Positions 17,611 to 27,117 of a DNA stretch of 64,000 bases are shown piece by piece. Every line of letters begins with the position of its first letter. Within the stretch, counting starts at the first letter, position 1. The translations under genes were made by a program, and so were the position numbers. Where the stretch lies: the NCBI GenBank assembly GCA_049515995.1, contig JBEKTO010000004.1:30042-94041 (forward strand), written 5' to 3'. The DNA is from Terracidiphilus sp. GTDB taxonomy: Bacteria; Acidobacteriota; Terriglobia; Terriglobales; Acidobacteriaceae. The notes beneath the pieces were generated by a model, which saw nothing but the letters and a program-made list of their open reading frames with translations, did not search any database and was not told where the DNA came from.

Positions 17611-19149
17611 ATGCACTCTGTTTTCTTTTCCCGGACGATCGGGATTCTTGCTTTTTTCTCTTTGCTCGCAGGAGTGGCTCTGGCACCTTCCGCGCAAGCG
17701 CAAGCGGCTCCGGCCGCTCCTCCTTCTCTCAGTGCGCTGGCCCACCGGATTCTGGATGCCGGGGTGAAGGCCAATGCGCTGACCGGAGACGGCGTGGCGC
17801 CCTGGCACTTGAAGCTGGATTTCCAGGTCCTGGACCCCGGCCAGACCAAGCCGACCAGCGGCTCCCTGGAAGAGTGGTCGGCGGGACGGCACCAGTGGCG
17901 GCGCACCTATACCAGCCCGGCCACCGGATACAGCGGCACGGAGTGGAATGTCTCGCGGATCGAACGCTACCAGCCCAAGTCGAAGGATCCCTTCGACCAC
18001 GCCAAGCTCAACCTGCGCGTGGCGCGGCCGGTGATCGACCCCCTGTATCAGGCGGCCAACATCAAGCCCGATTACGAGATGGAAGTGAAGCGCTTCAACG
18101 CCGGCGGGACGATGCTGAACTGCGTGATGGTGGCGAATCCCGCGCAATACGCTCCGCCGGACACGAATCCGGACGTTCTGTTCCCCACGCTGTGCTTCGA
18201 CGCCGACTCGCACCTACGGGTGGCTTCGTCGGGCGGGACGGTGGTGCAGTTCGGCGATTTGCAGATCTTTCAGAACCGCGCGGTGGCCAAGAATGTGAAG
18301 ATTCTGCTGAAGGGCGACCTGATCGCAGAGCTGAAGGTGACGCTGCTGGAGCCGTTGGCCGAAAAGGATGCGGAGATCGTGAAGCCGGGCAAGAACGCGG
18401 TGCTGCAACCGCTGACGCTGGAGGCCGGCGATCCGCCGCTGGAGTCGGTGTATGAGGAAGCGGCGGCGATGCCTCTGACGGCCCAGCACACCCTGTTCAT
18501 GGGAACCATCGAGGTTCCGGTGGTGGTGCAGAAGGACGGCAGCGTCAAGGTGATTCCCCACGAGGGCTGGCCCGCGGCGCAGTACGATGCGGTGGTGGAT
18601 GCGGTGAAGAAATGGAAGTACAAGCCGTATCTGGTGGACGGGCAGGCGGTCGAGGTGGAAACCAACATCCAGTATGTAGCCGACGGAAAGCCGTTTGTGC
18701 CCTCCTATCAGCGGCCCAAGGCCGCGCCGGTGGTGACCAAGCCGGAGGACTTCTCCAGCGCCTACGACCCCAAGCGGGACCCGGAAAAGGATCTGGCGAT
18801 GGCCGAGGCGCAGGCGAAACAGGCGCACAAGCGGATTCTGATGGTGGTGGGCGGCGACTGGTGCGCGTGGTGCAAGAATCTGGAGAAGTTCTATACCGAG
18901 CACGCGGATGTGTTGGCGCTGCGCGATGCGAACTATTTGGTGTTGAAAGTCAACATGAGTTCATTGAACGAAAACACGGCATTTCTGCTGCATTTCCCCA
19001 AGATTCCGGCTTACCCGTATTTCTTCGTTCTGGATGCGGACGGGAAGCTGCTGAAAGCGCAAAGCTCGGGTGAACTGGAGGCCGGCGCCGACAGCTATTA
19101 CGTGAAGCCGTTCAAGGATTTCCTGACGGCGTGGGCTCCGGTGCAGTAG
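17611..19149 (+). CDS. Exported protein with TonB-C-like domain and C-terminal thioredoxin domain
   Basis: Signal peptide; VVVQKDGSV...AVKKWKYKPYLVDGQAVEVET (TonB-C like); GGDWCAWC and IPAYP (thioredoxin fold). Confidence 0.7.
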   Translation: MHSVFFSRTIGILAFFSLLAGVALAPSAQAQAAPAAPPSLSALAHRILDAGVKANALTGDGVAPWHLKLDFQVLDPGQTKPTSGSLEEWSAGRHQWRRTYTSPATGYSGTEWNVSRIERYQPKSKDPFDHAKLNLRVARPVIDPLYQAANIKPDYEMEVKRFNAGGTMLNCVMVANPAQYAPPDTNPDVLFPTLCFDADSHLRVASSGGTVVQFGDLQIFQNRAVAKNVKILLKGDLIAELKVTLLEPLAEKDAEIVKPGKNAVLQPLTLEAGDPPLESVYEEAAAMPLTAQHTLFMGTIEVPVVVQKDGSVKVIPHEGWPAAQYDAVVDAVKKWKYKPYLVDGQAVEVETNIQYVADGKPFVPSYQRPKAAPVVTKPEDFSSAYDPKRDPEKDLAMAEAQAKQAHKRILMVVGGDWCAWCKNLEKFYTEHADVLALRDANYLVLKVNMSSLNENTAFLLHFPKIPAYPYFFVLDADGKLLKAQSSGELEAGADSYYVKPFKDFLTAWAPVQ

Positions 19150-19169
19150 TTGGAGCGGTTGATGGAACA

Positions 19170-19201
19170 AAGGCCCGGCAGAGACGCTCTGCCGGGCCTT
19201 T
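19170..19201. terminator. Bidirectional intrinsic terminator between convergent genes
   Basis: Perfect 14-bp stem AAGGCCCGGCAGAG-ACG-CTCTGCCGGGCCTT. Confidence 0.75.
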
Positions 19202-19218
19202 GCATTCTGCGCCTGTTC

Positions 19219-20601
19219 TCAGCCGGCCGCGGGCCTGGAGGAGGGAGAAGCCGGAGCCGGTCTTCCGCCTGGGCGCGCGGGGATGGATTTTGCCGCAGCC
19301 TGCTTCCGGACGGCGGCGGGCTCGGTGTTTCTGAGCAGGATGGCCAGTCCGCGCGCTCCGCCCATGCCTTTTTCGGTCAACAGCGCATATGCCAGATCGA
19401 GAAACTCCGGATGATGCTCGAAGTGCTTGCCGGCGGCTTGCACGGTATGGACGACGTGCGCGGTGGAGAAGCCCTCGCCATGGAAGCCGGCCACGCCGAT
19501 CAACAGCCCCTTCATCAGCGCGAACTGAGCCGTCAACTGGACAAACTCCCGCGTCATGGAGAACGGCTCGTCCTGCTTCATCCCGTCGCGGCCGAAAGGG
19601 AACTGACAGCGCAGGATGGTGTTGATCAGGTAGTTCTCCAGGATATAGGGATGGCGGCGCAGGAAGGGGATGTAATCGAGGTCATGGACCAGGGCGTAGC
19701 GCTCGGTGAGGCTCTCGAAGGTGGCGCCGGGTCCGTTGCCGATGCCGGTGGCGAAGGCGTGAATGCATTCGCCGAAGCGCGGGGTGACGTTGGAACGGTT
19801 CAACATGAGGCCAGCCAGGAGCAGCACCACATCCAATTGGGCGGGCAGATCGGCGGGGAGCGTTTCCATCGCCGGGCGCAGAGTTCCGGAGGCGACGGTG
19901 GCATCGAACTCGCGGAGAAAGGCGGGAATGGCGCGGTCGAGCTCGCCGTGGGCGATGGCGTCGAGGCGGCGGCAGAAAACGCCCAACAGAAAGAGCCGTT
20001 GCCACACCGGATAAGCGCGATTGCGAACCAGCTTCAGGACGGATTCGCGGATGGGCCAGAAGTGAGGCGGAAGCCAGGATGCGGTTGCGCGCGCATCGGC
20101 GCAGCGCGCGGCGAGGGCGTGCTTCTGAGTGGGCGCCTGGAGGTCAGGATCGAGCAGCACATGGCGCGCGGCCTCGGGACAGGAGAGCGCGAGGGCTTTT
20201 TCGTCGAATCCGCCGATGGAGTGGACGATGCGCGGATAGGTGGCGCAGGTGGAGGGGAGAAAACCCTCGCCGCACTCGGCCTGGATGCTGCAGAGGCGAT
20301 CCGCGGTGAGCAGCGGGCACTGGTTCTGCGCGGTCATGCGCAGCTTGGCGAAGCCACCCTTGCCAAAGCCATCCGACGCCTTGGCATCGGGCGGCGCCAG
20401 AAGGATGCTGGCGTCGATGAGGGTGCGCAGCGGGCCGGCGGGGAGGGACTGGACCTTGGCATAGGCCGCACGGTCGATGGGGACGCTCCATCCGCGGCAG
20501 CAGGTGTCTTCACAGGCGGAGCCGACGCAGCGAAAGGAATCGGCGTAGGGAGGGTGGGCCGGTCTGGTGGGCAATCGGCGCTCCTTGGCATGGGACTGCA
20601 C
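19219..20601 (-). CDS. fliB: Flagellin lysine N-methylase
   Basis: FRCVGSACEDTCCRGWSVPID, CPLL...LCSIQ, CATYPR. Confidence 0.82.
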   Translation of the reverse strand: MQSHAKERRLPTRPAHPPYADSFRCVGSACEDTCCRGWSVPIDRAAYAKVQSLPAGPLRTLIDASILLAPPDAKASDGFGKGGFAKLRMTAQNQCPLLTADRLCSIQAECGEGFLPSTCATYPRIVHSIGGFDEKALALSCPEAARHVLLDPDLQAPTQKHALAARCADARATASWLPPHFWPIRESVLKLVRNRAYPVWQRLFLLGVFCRRLDAIAHGELDRAIPAFLREFDATVASGTLRPAMETLPADLPAQLDVVLLLAGLMLNRSNVTPRFGECIHAFATGIGNGPGATFESLTERYALVHDLDYIPFLRRHPYILENYLINTILRCQFPFGRDGMKQDEPFSMTREFVQLTAQFALMKGLLIGVAGFHGEGFSTAHVVHTVQAAGKHFEHHPEFLDLAYALLTEKGMGGARGLAILLRNTEPAAVRKQAAAKSIPARPGGRPAPASPSSRPAAG

Positions 20602-20744
20602 ATCGCGCTCTCATTCCGAGGCGAGATGCACGAGGGAATGCAGCACGTTGCGCGCCACTCTGGCCCGTTGGTGGGATGAGAGGGTCTCCTACTGAGGATT
20701 TGTGCGGCAAATGGAGGAGATTCTCTCGAATGCCGGACGCTTGC

Positions 20745-21491
20745 TCAGCACCCTCGGTTCAAATCGGCTTCAAAGCCCGGCGTTCGCCGATCGCCATTCC
20801 CGCGCCTTGCGGCCGGCCCGTAGGGCGCAGCGAACCGCCGTTCCCAGACCCCGTTCTTCCTGAGTTGGCCGTTCCAGGCAAACTGCATAACCGGCAGCCG
20901 GAGCGCCACCGAAAGGAGCGCCGCAGTCAGGGCCGAAAACCGCTCCACGCCGGCCACCGCTTTCAGTTCCGCTTCGCCGAAGCGGCCGTCCCGGGCCAAC
21001 TGCTCGCCCAGGGCGCGCAGACGCTCGGACAGTTTTCTGTTTGCCTGCTCCGGCATTGCCTCCATCGTCCAGCCTGCGCCGCGCACAATGACGCCGGCGT
21101 AGGGCGAACCGAGACGCCGGGCGAGCTTTTCCAGATAGCGCTGGAGCGGGCGGGAATGCAGCGCCTCAGGGAAACCGGACTGCACCAGGAAACCAAGCGC
21201 GGGGTTTACGCCTCCCGCGGCCGCGGCTTGCACACGCGGTGCGAGGGTCTCGATGTAGGATTTCACGATGCCCGGCATGGCGTCGGTGTAGAGCGGCATC
21301 CCGAGCAGCACCACGTCCGCCTCGGGAAAGGCTTTCACGGCGCGATTGAAGCCAGCCGCCTGCGCCAGATGGAGAACCGGCGGCGCCTGGCCTCCACCCC
21401 GCTGCCAACCCTCGGCCACGCGGGTCAGCATTTTCATCGAGTTCGAGCGTTCGCCTCGCGGCGAGCCGTTAAGCAGCAGCAGTGAGTTCAT
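20745..21491 (-). CDS. Flavodoxin-like NAD(P)H-dependent oxidoreductase
   Basis: LLNGSPRG..SNS, MPLYTDAMPG, LVQSGFPE. Confidence 0.75.
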   Translation of the reverse strand: MNSLLLLNGSPRGERSNSMKMLTRVAEGWQRGGGQAPPVLHLAQAAGFNRAVKAFPEADVVLLGMPLYTDAMPGIVKSYIETLAPRVQAAAAGGVNPALGFLVQSGFPEALHSRPLQRYLEKLARRLGSPYAGVIVRGAGWTMEAMPEQANRKLSERLRALGEQLARDGRFGEAELKAVAGVERFSALTAALLSVALRLPVMQFAWNGQLRKNGVWERRFAAPYGPAARRGNGDRRTPGFEADLNRGC

Positions 21492-22020
21492 GGGCCACCT
21501 CCTGGGCAGGGCGGTTGGAGACAGCGGTGAGAACGAGGCGGAACTTCAGATTGCGCGCCGTCCGCTTCCACAACGCCGTGGTGATCTCAATGTCTTCGGC
21601 ATCTGCGCCGCCCTCCGCGCCGAGCAGCAGCCCGAACCGCGGGTAGCTGGCATAGCGCGCGCGATGATGCACCTCGCCCCCCTCGATGACGAAAAAGGGG
21701 TGAATGAGCGGGATCATCTGGTCGGTGGCGCGCTTGAGCAAGGTGGAGGTATATCCCATCGTGACCGGGGAAGCCAGCACCGCCAGGTCGGCGCGGATGA
21801 CGGCACGGCAGAGCTGCGCGCTGCCGTCTCGCTTGACGCACTCGCCGGGCGTTTTTACCCAGCAACCAAAGCAGCCGGAGCAGCCTTTTAGATCGAGCTC
21901 GCGCAGATCGAGGGTGGTGACGGTATGGCCCGAGGCCGCCAACTGCCTGGCCACATCGAGGACGTACTGCTGGAAGGGCGTTGCCGGATCGGGCTCGCCG
22001 TTGAGGATGGTGATGCGCAT
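21469..22020 (-). CDS. Iron-sulfur flavoprotein / flavodoxin family protein
   Basis: CSGCFGCWVKTPGEC (Cx2Cx2Cx7C), LASPVTMG. Confidence 0.8.
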   Translation of the reverse strand: MRITILNGEPDPATPFQQYVLDVARQLAASGHTVTTLDLRELDLKGCSGCFGCWVKTPGECVKRDGSAQLCRAVIRADLAVLASPVTMGYTSTLLKRATDQMIPLIHPFFVIEGGEVHHRARYASYPRFGLLLGAEGGADAEDIEITTALWKRTARNLKFRLVLTAVSNRPAQEVAHELTAAA

Positions 22021-22047
22021 GAGCGATTCCTTTCTATGGGGAGCTGT

Positions 22048-22195
22048 TTCTACGTCGTAGAATTTAGCGGCGGTTCTTATTCTACATCGTAGAATCAATT
22101 TGTCAACCAGACGGAGCAATGACGCCGTTACGCTGGCTACGGAAGGTAGCTATCTCCTTTTTCCATAGCGACTTGCCGGTTCTACGACGTATAAT
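22048..22195. promoter_or_regulatory. Three copies of palindrome TTCTACGNCGTAGAA, putative TetR operators; TATAAT at 22190
   Basis: 22048-22062 perfect; 22080-22094 and 22180-22194 each with one mismatch; in the divergent intergenic region. Confidence 0.75.
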
Positions 22196-22229
22196 CGATC
22201 TGTCCGGAGCAGGCTGAGAGAGGACCAGG

Positions 22230-23051
22230 ATGTCAGAAAAGAAGAAGCCGGCTGATGCCGCCGCACGCAACAAGCTCGCTGGGCCGCGCCTCAAGCGCCG
22301 AGTCGGTCCGGTGCTGCCGCTCAAGCGCGAGCACATCGTCTCGACGGCCCTGGCGCTGGTGGACCGCGGCGGCCTCAAGGCTCTCTCCATGCGCGGGCTC
22401 GGCGCGGAACTCGGCGTGGATCCGATGGCGGTCTACTATCACATTCCGAACAAACAGGCGCTGCTCGATGCCATTGTCGAGGCGGTCATGGCCGGCATCG
22501 ACCTTTCCATCGACCACCCGGCCGATGCTCCCGAGGAGCGCATCCTGGGTGCGGCGCGCGCCTACCGGGACGCCATGCTGGCTCACGTCAATGCGCTGCC
22601 CATCCTGCTGGCCCACGGCCCGGCCACACCCGCGGCCATGCGGCCGGTGGAACTGCTCATCGGGATTCTGCGCGACGCCGGCCTGCCGCCGGCCCAGGCA
22701 TTCGCGGGAATGCAACTGATCGCGGCCGCGGTGCGCGGCGCGGTGGGGATGGGACACGCTCCGCAAGGCGCCGGCCAGCCGGCTTTCGCGCAGATCGAAG
22801 TCCTGTTGCGGCACTTGCCGGCCAGTGAGTTTCCCCACCTGCTGGAGGCCATGCCGTTCGCCAGCAATTTTTTCGAGGGTGGCTTCGAATTCGGCGTCCG
22901 GGTGCTGGCGCGCGGCCTGCTCGCCGAGGTGCGAAGGGGCCTGGATGGGGGGCAAGCAGGAACTCCTGGCGGCGGGAAGGGTGGCCGTGGGGTGAGAATC
23001 TCTCCAACAGGGGAGCAGGTAGAGCGCCAATTCCGGAGGGGCCAGGATTAG
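22230..23051 (+). CDS. TetR/AcrR family transcriptional regulator
   Basis: HTH LSMRGLGAELGVDPMAVYYHIPNKQAL; TetR-C like region. Confidence 0.9.
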   Translation: MSEKKKPADAAARNKLAGPRLKRRVGPVLPLKREHIVSTALALVDRGGLKALSMRGLGAELGVDPMAVYYHIPNKQALLDAIVEAVMAGIDLSIDHPADAPEERILGAARAYRDAMLAHVNALPILLAHGPATPAAMRPVELLIGILRDAGLPPAQAFAGMQLIAAAVRGAVGMGHAPQGAGQPAFAQIEVLLRHLPASEFPHLLEAMPFASNFFEGGFEFGVRVLARGLLAEVRRGLDGGQAGTPGGGKGGRGVRISPTGEQVERQFRRGQD

Positions 23052-23206
23052 AACGTCCTCATAATGGGGTCTTCAGAGGCCGTGGGGACGGATTATGTAA
23101 AGTATGGAGTTTTTTGGATTGGAAAGACGCGGGGAATTCTCAGAATTGCAGGCCAAGGGCCGATTGCACGAGGAGTTTTCGCAAGCCGGCCGCCGATCCC
23201 CGACCC

Positions 23207-23434
23207 CTAAAACGGCTTTTCCGACAGGAAGGGCTCGGTCTTGAGCGAGCCGTCGCGCTGCTTGACCAGCATCTGGACCTTGCCTTCGGCGGCATCCAGC
23301 TCCTGCTTGCAGGCGGCGGAGAGGCCGACGCCCTCTTCGAAGAGCTTGAGGGAATCCTCCAGGGCCAGGTCGCCTTTTTCCAGTCGATCGACGATGGTTT
23401 CGAGCTTTTTGAGCGATTCTTCAAAGGACGGCAT
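23207..23434 (-). CDS. xseB: Exodeoxyribonuclease VII small subunit
   Basis: SFEESLKKLETIVDRLEKGDLALEDSLKLFEEGV. Confidence 0.93.
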   Translation of the reverse strand: MPSFEESLKKLETIVDRLEKGDLALEDSLKLFEEGVGLSAACKQELDAAEGKVQMLVKQRDGSLKTEPFLSEKPF

Positions 23435-23440
23435 GAGCTT

Positions 23441-25315
23441 TTACTCCATGGGGTTAGTGCCTTTGGGCAGCACGCTGGCGACGACCTCGGCGGCGGCGAT
23501 GTAGTTGCCGAAGGGAGCGGTCACCTGGACGCCTTCGACCAGGGGCCGCACGGCGGCGAGCATCTCCTGGGCGATGAGGATGCCTTCGCGGCGGGCGGCC
23601 TCGGGCGAGGAAGCCTGGGCCATGCGCAGCATGATCTCTTCGGGCATGGAGACGCGCAGATCGTTCTTCATGTACTCGGCATTGCGCAGGCTGGTGAGCG
23701 GCAGGATGCCGGCGATGATCGGAATGCGGAAGTTCTTGATGCGCTCAAGGAAGTTCTCCAGCAGGCGCAGGTCGAAGACCGGCTGGGTGATGGCGTACTC
23801 GGCGCCGGCCTCGACTTTGTAGGCAAAGCGGCGCAGTTCCTGCTCGAGGTCGGGCACGCCGGGGTTGGCGGCGACGCCGATGGTGAAGTTGGTGCTGACG
23901 CCGATGGCGTTCGATCCGATGTCGAGGCCGCGGTTCAGACGCTGCAGCATGTTGACCAGACCGATGGAGTCCACGTCAAACACTGCGGTGGCGTCGGGGT
24001 AGTTGCCCAGCCTGGGCGGATCGCCGGTGAGGCACAGGATGTTGTGCAGGCCGATGGACGAAGCTCCCAGCAGATCCGACTGAATGCTCAGAATGTTCCG
24101 GTCGCGGCAGGTGTAATGGAGAATCGTTTCGATGCTGGTGTGCTGCTGAATCTGGATGCAGAGGCTTTGCGCGCTCATGCGGGCCGAGGCGCTGGGCGAG
24201 TCGGGCACGTTGATGGCGTGGACGCCGAGCTGGGCCAGCAGTTGCGCGCCCTCGATCTCCTGGGCGCAGTCGATGCCGCGGGGCGGAACGATCTCAACCA
24301 GGGTGATGAACTTGCCTTCGGCCACCAGGGAGCCGATGCGGGAGCGCGCGGCCAGGGGCGCGGGCGGGGTTTCGGCGTTGAGCGCGGGAGCCGAGCCCGC
24401 CACCGCGGCACTGGCTTGTTCGTCGAGGGCGCGCATGGCCGAGCGCATGGCGCGGATGTGGTTGGGGGTGGTGCCGCAGCAGCCGCCCACGAACTGGGCT
24501 CCGGCGGCGATGGCCTTGCGGGCGAAGTTGGCCATGTATTCGGGCGAGCAGAGGTAGATGTTGCGGCCCTCGACGGCGCGCGGCATGCCGGCGTTGGGAA
24601 AGCCGGCCAGGGGCAGCGAAGTGGCCGAGCGCATGGCCTCGATGGCGGTGAGCACCGTGGAGGGGCCGGTGGAGCAGTTGACGCCAACGGCTCCGGCGCC
24701 CCACTCGGTGAGCAGAGCCGCGGCCTGCTGGGGCGAGGAGCCGTCGAGGCAGTTGCTGTCGACGTCCACCGTGACCATGACCAGCACGGGCAGTTCGGGC
24801 GCGGTCTCGCGGGCGGCTTCCAGGGCCTGGCGGGCTTCGTTGAGGGCGGGCATGGTTTCGAGAATGAGCATGTCCACGCCGGCTTCGGCGAGGGCGCCAA
24901 TCTGTTCGGCAAAGGCGGCGCGGGCCTCATCGAGGCCGGTCTTGCCCAGGGGCTCGAGGCGGACTCCGAGCGGGCCGACCGAACCGGCCACCCAGGCTTC
25001 GCCGCCCTGTTTCTCTTTGAGCCGATCGACGGCCTGGCGCGCCACACGCACGCCGGCAGCGTTGATCTCGCGCACTTTGCCGGCCAGCCCGTGCCGCGCC
25101 AGACGAAAGCGGTTGGCGCCAAAGGTATTGCTCTCAAGAATCTCGGCGCCGGCCTGCAGGTACTCCTCATGAACCGCGAGGATCAAGCCGGGGTCGGAGA
25201 GGTTCAGCTCGTCGTAGCAGCGGTTGATGAAGATGCCGCGGGCATAGAGCACGGTTCCCATGGCGCCGTCGGCGAGCACGGGGCGGCTGGCGAAGATGTC
25301 GGAGAACTGGGTCAT
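23441..25315 (-). CDS. yitJ: Bifunctional homocysteine S-methyltransferase / methylenetetrahydrofolate reductase
   Basis: DGAMGT, GVNCS, PNAG.P, GGCCGTTP, then MTHFR part with H.TCRDRN and AITQPVFD. Confidence 0.9.
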   Translation of the reverse strand: MTQFSDIFASRPVLADGAMGTVLYARGIFINRCYDELNLSDPGLILAVHEEYLQAGAEILESNTFGANRFRLARHGLAGKVREINAAGVRVARQAVDRLKEKQGGEAWVAGSVGPLGVRLEPLGKTGLDEARAAFAEQIGALAEAGVDMLILETMPALNEARQALEAARETAPELPVLVMVTVDVDSNCLDGSSPQQAAALLTEWGAGAVGVNCSTGPSTVLTAIEAMRSATSLPLAGFPNAGMPRAVEGRNIYLCSPEYMANFARKAIAAGAQFVGGCCGTTPNHIRAMRSAMRALDEQASAAVAGSAPALNAETPPAPLAARSRIGSLVAEGKFITLVEIVPPRGIDCAQEIEGAQLLAQLGVHAINVPDSPSASARMSAQSLCIQIQQHTSIETILHYTCRDRNILSIQSDLLGASSIGLHNILCLTGDPPRLGNYPDATAVFDVDSIGLVNMLQRLNRGLDIGSNAIGVSTNFTIGVAANPGVPDLEQELRRFAYKVEAGAEYAITQPVFDLRLLENFLERIKNFRIPIIAGILPLTSLRNAEYMKNDLRVSMPEEIMLRMAQASSPEAARREGILIAQEMLAAVRPLVEGVQVTAPFGNYIAAAEVVASVLPKGTNPME

Positions 25316-25551
25316 TCTTTTGTCATGCTAAGCCACGCGGGTCTGGCGCGCCAGCCGACCGGCCCGCTTTGTTATACTTCGGGAGTCATCAGCCGGGCAG
25401 GAACTGGTTCCGGGTCCAGGGAGTTTTCCATCTTAAGTGGATGGGATTTCTCCGATCGGCCGGCAACCGCCATCAATGTCGTTCACGCTGCGGCCGCGGC
25501 CGCGGGCATAATCCGCGGTACGCTCCGCGCCTTTCGTCGAGGTAAGGGATT

Positions 25552-27012
25552 TTGAAGAAGAGAAGTCTTTGCATGAGCGCCGCCGCGGCTCTGGGGTTTG
25601 CAGTCGCGCTGGCAGGTTGTGGTGGCACTACTTATTTTGCAGGCAGGAATCTGCCCCCCAGCGGGCTGACCAACCGTGTCCTGATCGCGATCCAGAACCC
25701 GGGCGCGTTCACCAAGGGCGCGCTGCAGTTTGTGGACGCCTACTACGACATCCGGTCCAGTTATAACGACAAGATCTCGATGTTTTCCATCAGCGGCTAT
25801 TCCGGCGCGCTGCCCATCACCATCCAGAACATGCCGGAAGAGCAGTACGGCGCGGTGTACGGCTCGGGCGATGGCTCTCTGACGATCGCCAGCTATGCCA
25901 AGGAGTCCATTACCAGCAGCATCAAAGGGCTGAACGGCTTATCCTCCAGCATTTACATCACCCGGAATATGTCTTACGTGTTCGCCGCCAGCCAAACGGC
26001 TGAGGTGTTTACGGTGGTGGACCAGACGAACGGCGGTTCGTATCCGCTGAGCCTTCCCGGCGTCTACCGTGTCAGCGTGAATTCCGGCGGCTCGGTGGCT
26101 CTGGTCTTCGTCCAGAACTCGAATTACGCCTACTACCCGCGCAAACTGACCGCAGCGCAAACCATTTCGTACGCCGGCGGTCCTGGCACCTGGCCCAAGG
26201 CCGCGGTGGACTGCGAGCCGCAGAACGCGCCGGGATGGTGCCTTTTCCAGGCGCAGAGCCCGGACAACGTGGATGCAACCGGCAACCCCTATGGCGCTCC
26301 TCTGGTCTTCGACCGTCCGGTGAAGGCCGTCTTCTCCGCCGACGGCGGAACGGCGTACGTGCTCAATTGCGGTCCGGAGTGCGGCGGCTCGAAGGCTTCG
26401 ATCACGCCGCTGCCGGTGGCGCCGTTTATCTTCCTTGTCGGCCAGCAGTCGGGCACGCTGCCCACCAACAGCGCTCTGGCCAGCGCCACCATCGCCATCC
26501 CCGGCGGCGCGAGCAATGCACTGGTTGATACCTCGACGCTCTACGTGGTGGGCCAACAGCCGCAACAGGTGCAGGGACAAACGCTCTTTGCCGGCAATAT
26601 GACGGTTGTGAATCTGACCAACAACACCGCCTCAAGCCCGGTGGCGATCAGCGACGGAGCGCCCGGCGCGGTCAGCCGCATGTTGCTGGCCGACGACAAC
26701 ACGCTGTGGATCGGCATGACCAAGTGCAATAACGGCGTGCGCGCTGCCACGGGGCTGCCCAACGGCTGCCTGACCATGGTCAACACCACCACCAACACGG
26801 TCACGCTGCTGGAGCCTTATCTGGGCGACCTGACGGGCATTGCCGGTGTGACCGGCCTGCACAAGATCTATGTCGCGCAGGGCGGACAGGTGTATATCTT
26901 CTCGACCACGGACGGCACGTCGATCGACAACCAGTATGTGACCGTGACCGGCACGGCCTACGACGTGGCCTATATGGATGGGCTCACGGACGGGAACAAC
27001 ACCGTTTACTAA
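25552..27012 (+). CDS. Hypothetical lipoprotein, beta-rich
   Basis: Lipobox LAGC; Thr/Gly/Ser-rich beta-strand character. Confidence 0.7.
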   Translation: MKKRSLCMSAAAALGFAVALAGCGGTTYFAGRNLPPSGLTNRVLIAIQNPGAFTKGALQFVDAYYDIRSSYNDKISMFSISGYSGALPITIQNMPEEQYGAVYGSGDGSLTIASYAKESITSSIKGLNGLSSSIYITRNMSYVFAASQTAEVFTVVDQTNGGSYPLSLPGVYRVSVNSGGSVALVFVQNSNYAYYPRKLTAAQTISYAGGPGTWPKAAVDCEPQNAPGWCLFQAQSPDNVDATGNPYGAPLVFDRPVKAVFSADGGTAYVLNCGPECGGSKASITPLPVAPFIFLVGQQSGTLPTNSALASATIAIPGGASNALVDTSTLYVVGQQPQQVQGQTLFAGNMTVVNLTNNTASSPVAISDGAPGAVSRMLLADDNTLWIGMTKCNNGVRAATGLPNGCLTMVNTTTNTVTLLEPYLGDLTGIAGVTGLHKIYVAQGGQVYIFSTTDGTSIDNQYVTVTGTAYDVAYMDGLTDGNNTVY

Positions 27013-27020
27013 ACGTTGCG

Positions 27021-27086
27021 GGCGCCCCATCCTTTGCGCGGATTTCCGAGCAAGGATGCGCAAAGGATGGAGCCCCACGAACCTCA
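27021..27086 (+). repeat. REP-like palindromic element just upstream of bshB1
   Basis: Perfect 13-bp stem CCATCCTTTGCGC/GCGCAAAGGATGG then CCCCACGAACCTC. Confidence 0.75.
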
Positions 27087-27117
27087 AGCGCCGTCCCTTC
27101 TTGAGGAGCAATCGCCC

